Assembly: GCA_963815455.1 (NCBI GenBank)
Contig: CAWFGO010000002.1
Span: 128,001 to 192,000, forward strand
Length of the DNA: 64,000 bases
Reading direction: 5' to 3'
Origin: an uncultured Verrucomicrobiae bacterium
Lineage (GTDB): Bacteria > Verrucomicrobiota > Verrucomicrobiia > Chthoniobacterales > UBA10450
The notes under the pieces were generated by a model that saw only the letters and a program-made list of their open reading frames with translations, ran no database searches and was not told the origin of the DNA. Positions 1 through 9,669 of the stretch are shown here, piece by piece; positions within the stretch are counted from its first letter, which is position 1; the number at the start of each line of letters is the position of its first letter. The translations under genes and the position numbers were made by a program.

Positions 1-484
1 ATTTTTTCGGATCGAGCAACCAATAGTCGGCGTGAATCCTCGGGTCGCCCATTCCGCCAGCCCGCATGGTATGGAGTTGGCGCGACATGAAATCATGCTC
101 GATCCATGTCTTACGCGTTCCGTACTGAAAAGGGATTTCGAGAGTAAAACTTAGCCCGTCGGTCGCCGCGTATGTAGCCGTGACATCAAACCCGTAGAAG
201 TGAGTGTTGGCGTAGACAAATGCGGGATTTAATGGTTCATCCCCGCGCACATCCTCTCGCGAGTTGTAATATCGAAACGCAACCGACGCGGACCAGTGTC
301 CCGCTGATAAAACTGTGCCATCGGCATTAACGCCCAAACTGGGCGTTACTAAATGCGTGCAGACTCACCCTTGGGATAAGAGCTTGGGCGCAGACATCCA
401 GAAAGCGGACATCGCGGCAAAAGCACCCAACCTAAGCCGCACCCGCCGCGAACTTGCAGAGCTTCTTCTGAAAATGAGCGGCAT
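1..484 (-). CDS. Putative selenocysteine-containing exported outer-membrane beta-barrel (transporter-like) protein; 3' end beyond the window edge
   Basis: Manual translation from ATG at 484 gives MPLIFRRSSASSRRVRLRLGAFAAMSAFWMSAPKLLSQG, then TGA (365-367), then VCTHLVTPSLG...GHWSASVAFRYYNS...FYGFDVTATYAATDGLSFTLEIPFQYGTRK...AGGMGDPRIHADYWLLDPKK with no further stop to position 2. It has a signal-like N-terminus, alternating beta-strand patterns, a GxGD motif and a hairpin right after the UGA. Not in the supplied ORF track. Confidence 0.75.
324..356 (-). promoter_or_regulatory. Candidate bacterial SECIS element
   Basis: Minus strand after the UGA reads GUCUGCAC-GCAU-UUAG-UAACGCCC-AGUUU-GGGCGUUA-AUGC: an 8-bp perfect upper stem, a G-containing apical loop 24 nt after the UGA, and a lower GCAU/AUGC pairing. 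Confidence 0.7.
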
Positions 485-495
485 TCATTCTCTTC

Positions 496-526
496 CAAAG
501 GAAAAAAGCGGAACGCATTGCAAAAA
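496..526 (-). promoter_or_regulatory. Candidate ECF-sigma promoter motif, copy 1
   Basis: TTTTTGCAATGCGTTCCGCTTTTTTCCTTTG; 23/31 identical, ungapped, to 4170-4200; ends 11 nt before the ATG at 484. Confidence 0.5.
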
Positions 527-625
527 TCCGTAGTCTTTTTGTGAGGGCGATTGCGTTGTTGTGGCCGCCCCGCTCTGTCGGGGCGTTCCTCGACGATACA
601 ACGCTGCGGTCGCCGCCGGACGCAG

Positions 626-3349
626 TTACAATCTCTTTGGCGCGAGATCAGCCATCGCTTTTTCGAAGCGGGGATCCCCTCGCAAAGAATCCCATGTCGG
701 GTCAAAACGCAGCTCACCGTAAGGGGGACCGCCCGGTATTTTCGCGATGACTTCGAGTTGCTCAATCGCGAGATCGCGCTCGCCTGTCCAGGCGTAAACC
801 AGCGCCAGATTGCGGACCATCCACAGGCCCCGCACAGAATCCGTGGCAATCGGCATAAGATCGACTGCCCTCCGCGCCTCCCCAATCGCGTCCTGCTTTC
901 GGCCAAGTCCAGCGTCAATTCTCGCGACGCGTGCCAAGTAGCGGTAATTCCTGATTTCGTCGCCCCAGGCAACATCGAATTTTTCACGCACTCGCCTGAA
1001 CACCGCCTTCGCCTTCGATTGATCGCCGCGGAAGCGCGCAACCATCCCATCGGCCAACCTCTCGGAAGGCGAGCCGTGGAAAACCCCCCCGGCAAACTTC
1101 GCCGGAACAGCGGCAACCAGCCGGCTCGCTTCATCATAATCGCGCAGGTAGAGGGCGGTGGTGAATCGAGTATGCCATATTTCTTCAGTTGGACTAAAGT
1201 CCAGCGGTACTTTCGCCAGAAGAGCTCGGGCCGCGACTGGATCGCCCTGGTCCAATTTGATCTCAGCCAGCGCCATTTCGGACCAAGGGTCGGGTTTCGC
1301 CTGACTGGGAATCTCTTTCTGGATTAGGTGTTCCCATTCGTCGTAGCGACGCATCTCGCGATATAGAGAGCCGAGATGGTAGGTGACCTCTTCATTGCGC
1401 GGGTCAAGTTCGTTTGCTTTCAGAAAATTGGCGAGCGCATCATTCCAGCGGTTGCGGTGGCGATTCGTCTCGGCCGCAATCCGAAACGTTTCGGAGTCGT
1501 TAGGCAAAGTGCGCAGTGCAATCGTTAACTCTTCATAGGCATGGGCGAAATCATCCGCATAGTAATAGTAGCGGGCCAACTCGCGGTGAACTTCGCCCAG
1601 ATCCGGCCGTAATCGAAAGGCGGTATCGGCCGCTTTCTTGGCCAATTCCAGATGCGCGGGATCGAGATCGTCGGACAGGTCGCATTGCGTTTTTGCAAGG
1701 GCGCACCAGGCAAGGGCAAAATTCGGATCGCGTTGGGTGGCCTGTTCGAGCAGTTCCACCTGTCGGGCCATGCTTTCTGCCGCACCCTGCCAATCACTCC
1801 AAACATCGATCGCTCTGGCCGCGGTATAAAGTTCGTAAGCCTTTAGGTCTGCGGTGGGCCGCTCCGTGATCGCCGTTTTCTCCGCCGGCGATAGCTTGCT
1901 CTGAAGTTGATTGGCGATTTGCTGCGCGATCTCGCTTTGGATGGCAAAAACATCACTCACGTTCCGATCATAATGGTCGGCCCAGACATGGTAATCGGTG
2001 CGAGCATCAATTAACTGGATCGTAACGCGAATTCGATCACCGGCGCGTTGCACTGTGCCTTCGATTACATAAGAAACACCCAAAACTTTTGCGATCTCGC
2101 CCAGATTCCGTTCCGAAGCGCTCTTGTATTTCATCACGCTCGCGCGACTAATGACTTTGAGATCGGCGATCTTGGCGAGATCGAAAAGGATTTCGTCCTG
2201 CATGCCGCTGGCGAAATACGAATTCTCCTTGTCGTCACTTAGATTTTCGAATGGCAGAACGGCAATGCTTTTTTGCGACGTCTCTACCGTTGCTGCCGGC
2301 AAATGCAGCGAGCGCAACAAATACGACGTCAGGCCGAAGCCGACGGTGAGCAACGCCGCCGCAGCGGCAGCCACTTTCAGAAGCCGGCTTCGACGAGGCG
2401 CGGCGGCCAGCGCGCGCTGGCACCGCTGCAAAGCCTCCAGGAGTCCACGCGCCGACTGCGGCCGTTTGGCTGGATCGGCAGCGAGCATCAGCCGGAGAAG
2501 AGCAGTCACTGGCGCAGGGAGTTTTGTCGCGGTCACGAACTCTCCCGCAGGCGCAGAGCCGGAAAGCAGGTAGCAGAGAGTAGCGCCGAGCGAATAGATG
2601 TCTGAACGCGCATCCAATTTTGCGTCGCCACCTCGAAGCTGTTCGGGACTGGCGAAGCCCGGCGTGCCCGAAAAACTCATTCTTTCAAGTGCTGAGTCCG
2701 TGCCAGCAGCGACTGCTTTGGCCAACCCGAAATCGATCACCTTAACGACCGCTGGTTGGGTCGATCCGGCGTGTTCCGCGACCCGCATTAAATTGCTCGG
2801 CTTCAAATCTCGATGAATCAGGCCGTGCGCTTCTGCCGCAAGAAGAGCGCGTGCTACTTGAGCAACCAGATCCAGTGCAACTTTGACCGGCAGCGGCCCT
2901 TCACGTTGCACAAGGCACTCCAAGGTCTCGCCCTCGACAAGTTCCATTGCATAGAAACACTGCCCGGCGGCAGTTTCGCCGAAGTGAAAAACACTCGCCA
3001 CATTCGGATGTCGCAGTTGCGCAGCAGTACGCGCCTCGCGCCGGAAACATTCGCGTGCCGCCGCGTTTTCCGAATAACCCGCGCCAATAATCTTCAACGC
3101 GACGAAAGATTCGAGATTAAGATCGAGGGCGCGATAAGTGACGCCCATCGCACCGCGGCCAAGCTCGTTCAGGCCGGCGCCTTCTTCGCGTAAACAGATT
3201 TCGTAATGTTGAAAACGGCGGCTTTCGGCGTCGAGCGCACTCATGCCACCGACGAGAAGGCAATTCAGACAACCTAACTCCGCGATTTGCCCATCCAGCG
3301 GCGCGCCGCATTGCTCACACCGCAAAAGTTCCGTCTCGGCCACAGCCAT
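626..3349 (-). CDS. Hanks-type Ser/Thr protein kinase with TM segment, TolB-N-like domain and TPR repeats
   Basis: N-terminal CxxC...CxxC, then GRGAMGVTY, VALK, HRDLKPSN, DFGLAK, GTPGFASPEQ, a hydrophobic helix, KSIAVLPFENLS and helical repeats. Start taken at MAVAET (3349). Confidence 0.92.
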   Translation of the reverse strand: MAVAETELLRCEQCGAPLDGQIAELGCLNCLLVGGMSALDAESRRFQHYEICLREEGAGLNELGRGAMGVTYRALDLNLESFVALKIIGAGYSENAAARECFRREARTAAQLRHPNVASVFHFGETAAGQCFYAMELVEGETLECLVQREGPLPVKVALDLVAQVARALLAAEAHGLIHRDLKPSNLMRVAEHAGSTQPAVVKVIDFGLAKAVAAGTDSALERMSFSGTPGFASPEQLRGGDAKLDARSDIYSLGATLCYLLSGSAPAGEFVTATKLPAPVTALLRLMLAADPAKRPQSARGLLEALQRCQRALAAAPRRSRLLKVAAAAAALLTVGFGLTSYLLRSLHLPAATVETSQKSIAVLPFENLSDDKENSYFASGMQDEILFDLAKIADLKVISRASVMKYKSASERNLGEIAKVLGVSYVIEGTVQRAGDRIRVTIQLIDARTDYHVWADHYDRNVSDVFAIQSEIAQQIANQLQSKLSPAEKTAITERPTADLKAYELYTAARAIDVWSDWQGAAESMARQVELLEQATQRDPNFALAWCALAKTQCDLSDDLDPAHLELAKKAADTAFRLRPDLGEVHRELARYYYYADDFAHAYEELTIALRTLPNDSETFRIAAETNRHRNRWNDALANFLKANELDPRNEEVTYHLGSLYREMRRYDEWEHLIQKEIPSQAKPDPWSEMALAEIKLDQGDPVAARALLAKVPLDFSPTEEIWHTRFTTALYLRDYDEASRLVAAVPAKFAGGVFHGSPSERLADGMVARFRGDQSKAKAVFRRVREKFDVAWGDEIRNYRYLARVARIDAGLGRKQDAIGEARRAVDLMPIATDSVRGLWMVRNLALVYAWTGERDLAIEQLEVIAKIPGGPPYGELRFDPTWDSLRGDPRFEKAMADLAPKRL

Positions 3350-3366
3350 GGTGGTTGCGTTTGGGA

Positions 3367-4128
3367 TTAACAAGCGCCTTTCAGAATACCGCACAGATGA
3401 CGGAGCTCTTCGTCCACGTTATCATTTTGCGCTACGGTGCGGGCAACTTCCTCGCGCAAAATCTCGCGATAGCGCGCGCGCAAACGCGAGAGATGGCTGC
3501 GCAAAGTCTCGATTGGCATTTCGAGACGCTGCGCTACTTCCTCCTGCGTGGGCAAGCCGATACCACCGCTGAGGAACGGGCGAAGCTCGCGGAAGATTCG
3601 CTTTTTCGAAACGGATTCGGCGCTGAGACGCTGCAAGGCCCGGCTAACGAGCGCAGCCGCCCAGCGTCTTTCGTACTCCTGATCTTCATTCAGCACGGCG
3701 GCTGATTCGTTTGTCCACATTTTTTCTATTTCGCTGATCTCTTCATCGAGAACAACGAACTGACAGTCCCCGCCGCGCTTCAATGCGCGCTCACGATCCC
3801 ACACATCCGAGATGTAATGCTTAAGCGAAGCGAGCAGGAAGGTGCGGAATTTACCCTTCCTGCGATCGGTCTGAGCATAGCCTTTGTTCCTCAGAAAATT
3901 GACGAAGAACCCCTGCACCAGATCCTGCGCATCGTGAGAATTGTAACCGCGCCGGCGGACAAAGCTGTAAAGCGGCGGCCAATAGTCGCGGCAAAGCTGG
4001 GTCAGTGCTGCGTTTGCCTCCGTGCTCGCCTCGTCCTTCGCGCAGGCAGCGATTACGCTCCAGTGTGTTGTCGCAAAGGTGGCCACTCCGTCCTGGACCG
4101 TGCCTGGAACAGTTTTCACAACACGCAA
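3367..4128 (-). CDS. ECF sigma factor of the kinase-associated type
   Basis: FATTHWSVI, LCRDYWPPLYSFVRRRG, DAQDLVQGFF, GKFRTFLLASL, ALKRGG and a C-terminal HTH (QEEVAQRLEMPIETLRSHLSRLR); directly upstream of the kinase. Confidence 0.88.
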   Translation of the reverse strand: MRVVKTVPGTVQDGVATFATTHWSVIAACAKDEASTEANAALTQLCRDYWPPLYSFVRRRGYNSHDAQDLVQGFFVNFLRNKGYAQTDRRKGKFRTFLLASLKHYISDVWDRERALKRGGDCQFVVLDEEISEIEKMWTNESAAVLNEDQEYERRWAAALVSRALQRLSAESVSKKRIFRELRPFLSGGIGLPTQEEVAQRLEMPIETLRSHLSRLRARYREILREEVARTVAQNDNVDEELRHLCGILKGAC

Positions 4129-4169
4129 GTCTAGTGAAAAGGGCGCAAAGCGACAAGCATGTGAGCCAT

Positions 4170-4200
4170 TTTTTGCAATGCCGCACGGCTCTCTCCTTTG
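4170..4200 (+). promoter_or_regulatory. Candidate ECF-sigma promoter motif, copy 2
   Basis: TTTTTGCAATGCCGCACGGCTCTCTCCTTTG, upstream of the cyclase gene; matches 496-526 on the minus strand. Confidence 0.5.
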
Positions 4201-4271
4201 TACTAGATGTGATGCGAGGCATCAATTCCAGTGCCATGTACCCATCGCGGACTGGGCAAGAGTGAGGTCTT

Positions 4272-7200
4272 ATGACGAATCTGGAGGAGTGGCTCAAGGA
4301 ACAAGGCCTTGAACAGCATACGAATCTCTTCGCCGACAACGATATCGATTTCGATATTCTTGCCGATCTTACCGAAAGCGACCTGGAGAAGCTAGGACTT
4401 TCGCTTGGCCATCGCCGGAAGCTCTTGAAAGCACTCGCGGCGGCGCAGCCTTCATCTGGTGAATCGCGGAGGGCGACCGAAGCATCCCCAGAAACAATAG
4501 CGACACAAGAAGCGGAGCGGCGGCAAGTAACTGTGTTATTCAGCGACTTGGTCGGATCAACCGCACTGGCCAACGCGCTGGATCCAGAGGACATGAGCGC
4601 ATTGATCCGGCGCTACCAGGACGCATGCGCCGGTGCGATCGCCCGCTTCGATGGCTTTATCGCTAAATTCATGGGCGACGGTGTCCTGGCCTATTTTGGT
4701 TATCCCCAGGCCCAGGAAAATGCGGCCGAACGTTCGGTTTATGCGGCACTGGCGATCATCGAGAGCCTAAGACAGTTGAAATGCCCCGACGGCCAACGGC
4801 TCGCGACTCGCATCGGAATTGCCACTGGCATCGTGGTGGTTGGCGACATCATTGGAAGCGGAGTCGCGCGCGAACATTCCATCGTCGGAGAAACACCTAA
4901 TCTTGCGGCGCGGCTCCAGACACTGGCCGAACCGAACTCCGTCGTCGTGAGCGAGAGCACTCATCATTTGCTTGGGAGACAATTTGACTACCAGAGCCTT
5001 GGCGAACGAGGGCTGAAGGGATTCGCTAATCCCGTCCAGGTCTGGCGGGTCTTGCGTGAGGCCGCAGTCGCCAGCCGGTTCGCGGCCGGCCGAGCTGCCC
5101 GCGCCGGGCCATTTATTGGCCGGATTCAGGAAATTGGACTCCTCCTCGACCGGTGGCAATTGGCAAAGAACGGAGAAGGCCAGGTGGTCTTGCTCTCGGG
5201 AGAAGCGGGCATGGGCAAATCGCGCATCATTGATGCCTTGTGTGAGCGCATCGGGGACGATTCCTACTACCATGTAATTTGTCAGTGCTCGCCCTATCAC
5301 ACGAATAGCGCGCTTTACCCCGTTATCCGCCAATTCGAACGGGCCGCCGGTTTAAAGTTAGAGGACTCTCCTGCGATCAGGCTCGAGAAGCTGGAAACAT
5401 TGCTCAGCGCGGCGGATAATCTCCCTGAGACGACCACCAGTATCTTCGCCGACCTTCTTTCGATACCTCTCGACGATCGTTACGCGCCACTCGATTTGTC
5501 GCCCGCCCAACGAAAGGTCGCAACAATCGCGGCGATCATGCATCAACTAACCCGGCTGGCCGAACAAAAACCCCTCTTGTTTGTTCTGGAAGATGTCCAC
5601 TGGATCGACCCAACCACGCAGGAGCTGATCACACGTCTCATCGATGGCATCGGCTCAACGAATATCCTGACCCTTATCACCGCGCGCCCCGAATTCTTGT
5701 CCCCGTGGACGGGCCGCGACCACGTCACATCGCTCGCCCTGAGTCGTCTTAGCAAGAAACAAAGCGCTGAACTTATTGCCGACGTGGCCGTGGCCCACGG
5801 ATTGGAGCCAGCTCTGGTCGAGGACATCGTGGCCAAGACCGATGGTGTGCCGCTCTATCTCGAAGAGCTGACCAAAGCTATTATTGAGTCTGCGACGCCC
5901 GAGCGGCCGGCAGTTCCCGCCACTCTGCAGGATTCGCTCATGGCCCGACTCGATCGCCTCGGACCAGCAAAGGAAATTGCCCAAATTGCAGCTGTGATTG
6001 GCCAGCAATTCTCCCATGCGCTCTTGGAGATGGTCAGCTCTGCCTCGGTCGCTGACGTTGCCAGCGGGATTGCACGCCTTGTTGACGCAGGGCTTGCCTT
6101 TCCACAGAGCCAGGCGAATGAACCCAGCTACAGCTTCAAGCATGTGTTGATGCGAGATGTGGCCTATGACAACTTGCTACGCGCACGCCGCCAGCAAATT
6201 CACGAATGTGTTGCGCGATCGCTGGAAGAACATTTCCCAGCTGTAGCTGAGAGTGAACCGGAATTGCTGGCGCACCATTTCAGTCAGGCCAATCTCCCGG
6301 ACTCCGCATGCGTCTACCGCGAACGAGCAGGTAATCGAGCCGCAGCTCACTCCAACTTTGCCGAAGCGGTTGCCCATTTCACTGCCGGGTTAAGCGAATC
6401 TGGCCGACTAGTTGAAGGGCCAGATCGATCACGGCGCGAACTTTCCTTTCTGCTCAAACTGGGTCCAGCGCTTTCGATCATAAAGGGCCAGCAGAGTCCG
6501 GAAGTAGAGCAAGTCTTCGAACGTGCGCATTCATTAGGAACGGCATTGCCGGACGAGGCCGGGCTCTTCAAGGCAATCTGGGGACTTTGGTTTTCCGCTC
6601 TGGTCGGTCGCAACCTTCGAAAGGCGCGAGACCGCGCCCAAGAACTTGTCGCCCTCGGTCACAAATCAACTGATCCAGACTTGTTGCTCGAGGCCTTTCA
6701 TTGCCGCTGGTCCACCGCGTTTTTCCGCGGAGACGTCGCGACCGCGCTCAAAGATAGTCGCGAGGGCATTGAACGGTACGATCCGGCCCGGCATAGTTGG
6801 ATGGGTGCCGTATTCGGTGGTCACGATCCAGGTGTTTGCGCCTATTGCGTCCACGCCAATCACCTTTGCCTTTCTGGCATCGTTGGACAGGCCAAGGGTC
6901 TTGTCGAGAAGGCGCTGTCGCTCGCTGAAAAATTGAAGCACCCTCACAGTCTGGGGCATGCGCTTCAGAATGCGACCACCGCGCAGCAGATCGTCGGTGA
7001 TCACGAAGCCGTCGATCAATCAGCGCAGCGCTTGATTGAACTTGCCGGCAAGTTTAATTTTCCCCCGCAACGCGCGCACGCTCTGGTCCTTTCGGGATGG
7101 GCACAGGCAATCGGGCACAATTCGGCTGCTGGCTTGGAATTGATCGAAGCTGAATTCCCACGAGCGTCAGCCATAGGACCACTGTTCCGCTATTATGCCC

Positions 7201-7583
7201 TACTTCTGGCGGAAGCTCGGTCGCAACTCGGAAGAATTTCAGACGCGCTTACCGTTCTGCGCTCGGCGCTCGACACGGTCACGGAGCCCGGGATTGGCTT
7301 CTGCGTGCCCGAACTCTATCGGCTGCAGGGTCTATGCCTCCTTCGCCTTGACTCACAGCGCAAAGAAGAAGCGCTGAATTCGCTGCAGATGGCGGTGGAC
7401 ATCGCAAAACAGCAAAAGGCACGACTTTTTGAACTCAAAGCTGCAATCAGCATGGCAGATGCGGCAGAGAAGATGGGCCAACCAGAAAGTGGCTTGCAAC
7501 CCTTGCGCGATCTATGTGCCAACCTTCCGGAGGAATTCGACGCGCCACAGCTCGCGGAAGCTAAACGACTTCTGTCGGCGTGA
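4272..7583 (+). CDS. SAM domain + class III adenylate/guanylate cyclase + AAA/STAND ATPase + TPR protein
   Basis: SAM (WLKEQGLEQH...LGLSLGHRRKLL), cyclase (ERRQVTVLFSDLVGST, FMGDGVLAYFG, GETPNLAARLQ), Walker A GEAGMGKS, Walker B-like FVLEDVHW. Confidence 0.92.
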   Translation: MTNLEEWLKEQGLEQHTNLFADNDIDFDILADLTESDLEKLGLSLGHRRKLLKALAAAQPSSGESRRATEASPETIATQEAERRQVTVLFSDLVGSTALANALDPEDMSALIRRYQDACAGAIARFDGFIAKFMGDGVLAYFGYPQAQENAAERSVYAALAIIESLRQLKCPDGQRLATRIGIATGIVVVGDIIGSGVAREHSIVGETPNLAARLQTLAEPNSVVVSESTHHLLGRQFDYQSLGERGLKGFANPVQVWRVLREAAVASRFAAGRAARAGPFIGRIQEIGLLLDRWQLAKNGEGQVVLLSGEAGMGKSRIIDALCERIGDDSYYHVICQCSPYHTNSALYPVIRQFERAAGLKLEDSPAIRLEKLETLLSAADNLPETTTSIFADLLSIPLDDRYAPLDLSPAQRKVATIAAIMHQLTRLAEQKPLLFVLEDVHWIDPTTQELITRLIDGIGSTNILTLITARPEFLSPWTGRDHVTSLALSRLSKKQSAELIADVAVAHGLEPALVEDIVAKTDGVPLYLEELTKAIIESATPERPAVPATLQDSLMARLDRLGPAKEIAQIAAVIGQQFSHALLEMVSSASVADVASGIARLVDAGLAFPQSQANEPSYSFKHVLMRDVAYDNLLRARRQQIHECVARSLEEHFPAVAESEPELLAHHFSQANLPDSACVYRERAGNRAAAHSNFAEAVAHFTAGLSESGRLVEGPDRSRRELSFLLKLGPALSIIKGQQSPEVEQVFERAHSLGTALPDEAGLFKAIWGLWFSALVGRNLRKARDRAQELVALGHKSTDPDLLLEAFHCRWSTAFFRGDVATALKDSREGIERYDPARHSWMGAVFGGHDPGVCAYCVHANHLCLSGIVGQAKGLVEKALSLAEKLKHPHSLGHALQNATTAQQIVGDHEAVDQSAQRLIELAGKFNFPPQRAHALVLSGWAQAIGHNSAAGLELIEAEFPRASAIGPLFRYYALLLAEARSQLGRISDALTVLRSALDTVTEPGIGFCVPELYRLQGLCLLRLDSQRKEEALNSLQMAVDIAKQQKARLFELKAAISMADAAEKMGQPESGLQPLRDLCANLPEEFDAPQLAEAKRLLSA

Positions 7584-7610
7584 CGTTTGATCGCGCAGGC
7601 TAGCCGAGCC

Positions 7611-8648
7611 TTAAACTTTCTCCTCGTCGAGCTTCGCCTTTACGGCAGTCTCGATTTCCTCGTAAAGCGCCCGATCGTTTTTTATTGCTTCCTTGGCGGC
7701 ATCGCGGCCTTGGGCGAGCTGCGTGCCCTTATAGTTAAGCCAGGAACCACGCTTCTCGATGATCTGTTTCTCGATGGCAAGATCGAGAAGCGCGCCGGTT
7801 GAGGAAATGCCCTCGTTGTACATGATGTCGAACTCGGCCTCGGTGAACGGCGGCGCGACCTTGTTTTTCACGACCTTCACCCGGGTGCGATTGCCGGTCA
7901 CAACGCCATCGGTCTGTTTGATCGCGCCGATGCGGCGGATGTCGATCCGCACGCTGGCGTAAAATTTCAGCGCCTTGCCGCCGGGCGTCGTCTCAGGATT
8001 CCCGAACATCACGCCGATCTTTTCCCGGATCTGGTTCGTGAAAATGCAGCAGGTGCGCGCTTTGGAAATCAGTGAAGTCAATTTCCGCAACGCCGCGCTC
8101 ATTAATCGCGCTTGCGCCCCGACGGTCACATCGCCGATTTCGCCCTCCAGTTCCGCCTTTGTTACCAAAGCGGCGACTGAATCAAGCACGATTACATCCA
8201 GCGCATTGGAACGCACCAGCGTCTCGCAAATTCTGAGCGCTTCCTCGCCGCTGCTCGGCTGCGAAACAAGCAGATCATCGAGATTCACCCCCAGCTTCTT
8301 CGCGTAAGCCGGATCGAGGGCATGTTCGACATCGATGAACGCGGCGAGCCCACCGCGTTTTTGCGCCTGGGCAATGACGGTAAGTGTCAGAGTCGTCTTG
8401 CCGGATGATTCCGGTCCGTAAACTTCGACTACGCGGCCACGCGGAAAACCGCCAACTCCCAGAGCGCGATCGATCAAAATGTTTCCCGTGGGGATAACAT
8501 CGATATCGACAATTTTCTCGTCGCCCAGGCGCATGATCGCACCGTCGCCGTAGTCCTTGGCGATTTGTTGAATCGCCAGATCAAGATTCTTGTTTCGCGC
8601 CGCTGTCACTTTCTCGGCGCTGGTTTTTTCTTCAGTTTTCGTCGCCAT
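7611..8648 (-). CDS. recA: Recombinase RecA
   Basis: [49 protein letters not shown]. Confidence 0.99.
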   Translation of the reverse strand: MATKTEEKTSAEKVTAARNKNLDLAIQQIAKDYGDGAIMRLGDEKIVDIDVIPTGNILIDRALGVGGFPRGRVVEVYGPESSGKTTLTLTVIAQAQKRGGLAAFIDVEHALDPAYAKKLGVNLDDLLVSQPSSGEEALRICETLVRSNALDVIVLDSVAALVTKAELEGEIGDVTVGAQARLMSAALRKLTSLISKARTCCIFTNQIREKIGVMFGNPETTPGGKALKFYASVRIDIRRIGAIKQTDGVVTGNRTRVKVVKNKVAPPFTEAEFDIMYNEGISSTGALLDLAIEKQIIEKRGSWLNYKGTQLAQGRDAAKEAIKNDRALYEEIETAVKAKLDEEKV

Positions 8649-8693
8649 ATCGAGGTGCACTCTAAGTACGTCGGCGGCGACGGTTCGCCAAGC

Positions 8694-8736
8694 AAAAAGC
8701 GAAAGGCCGCCGATCTAGCGATCAGCGGCCTTCTTT
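8694..8736 (-). terminator. Intrinsic terminator after the hsp20 pair
   Basis: AAGGCCGC...GCGGCCTT stem followed on the minus strand by TTTCGCTTTTT. Confidence 0.7.
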
Positions 8737-8756
8737 CCAGGGAAGAGACTCGCTCC

Positions 8757-9128
8757 TTACGAAACGGCGATCTTGCGGGGCTTGACGTGTTCGGCCTTCG
8801 GCAGAGTCAACGTGACCAATCCTTGATCGATTTTCGCGCTAATCCTGCCGGCGTCGATCGACGGGTCGATCTCGAATGTGCGCCGGAAGTTTTCCGGGCG
8901 CGATTCGTGATGAATTCGATCGCCTTCCACAGCCGGAAGCGAACGCCGTCCGATGATGGTCAACTCGTTGTTATCGATCGAAATCTCGAGCCCGTCCTTG
9001 TTCACCCCGGGCATCTCGACTTCGAGAGTGTAACCATCGCCGGCCTCAATTACGCTGGCAGGCGGCGCAATGAATTGCTCGACTTGCGCTCGCTCACCCT
9101 CACGATTTTCACGAACTAATGTGTTCAT
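8757..9128 (-). CDS. Small heat-shock protein (Hsp20/alpha-crystallin)
   Basis: EVEMPGVNKDGLEIS, FRRTF, GLVTLTLPK. Confidence 0.93.
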   Translation of the reverse strand: MNTLVRENREGERAQVEQFIAPPASVIEAGDGYTLEVEMPGVNKDGLEISIDNNELTIIGRRSLPAVEGDRIHHESRPENFRRTFEIDPSIDAGRISAKIDQGLVTLTLPKAEHVKPRKIAVS

Positions 9129-9161
9129 AATTTATTTCCTTTCGCTTTCAAATTGATCTCT

Positions 9162-9623
9162 TTAGCTGACCTGAATCTGCTTTGGCTTTGCTTCCTCGGC
9201 CTTCGGCAACGTCACGGTCAGGATTCCATCCCGATAGGTCGCACTCACCTTGTTGGCGTCGACTCGCGTCGGCAATGCGATGCTACGTCGGAATACACCG
9301 ACGTAACGCTCGGTGCGCTCGGCTTTTTCGCCGTTGCTGCTCCCTGCCTTGCGTTCGCCGCTAATGGTCAGGGTGCCGTCGTGCAAAGAGATTTCGATGT
9401 CTTCCTTGCGCATCCCGGGAAGTTCGATGACTGCCACCAGGTTGTCTTTGTTCTGGTAGAGATCAAGCGCCGGCGACCAGCCGGTAAAAAGTTGTCCCGG
9501 ACGCGCGAATCCGGACCAGACGGGCGACTCGAACAACGAGTCGAGCTCATCCCGCAGGTCGTTCCATCTGCCAAAGGTGGACCACCTTGGCAACTCGGGA
9601 GTTCGGTAACGAATTAAACTCAT
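9162..9623 (-). CDS. Small heat-shock protein (Hsp20/alpha-crystallin)
   Basis: PALDLYQ, ELPGMRKEDIEIS, ERYVGVFRRSIALP, YRDGILTVTLPK. Confidence 0.95.
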   Translation of the reverse strand: MSLIRYRTPELPRWSTFGRWNDLRDELDSLFESPVWSGFARPGQLFTGWSPALDLYQNKDNLVAVIELPGMRKEDIEISLHDGTLTISGERKAGSSNGEKAERTERYVGVFRRSIALPTRVDANKVSATYRDGILTVTLPKAEEAKPKQIQVS

Positions 9624-9669
9624 AATTTATAGGTTCCTTTCTTGGATAAAGTTTTCGCCATCTTGACAT

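Noticed and set aside
349..1327. ORFs 349..1137 (-), 551..1327 (+) and 315..533 (+)
   Set aside because: They overlap the kinase or the UGA-containing gene in other frames and lack recognisable motifs; typical shadow ORFs of GC-rich DNA, as are most short ORFs in the track.
4212..4271. In-frame ATG...TGA just upstream of the cyclase start, a possible second UGA read-through
   Set aside because: The TGA is part of the GAGG ribosome-binding site, I saw no SECIS-like hairpin after it, and the SAM domain begins at 4272.
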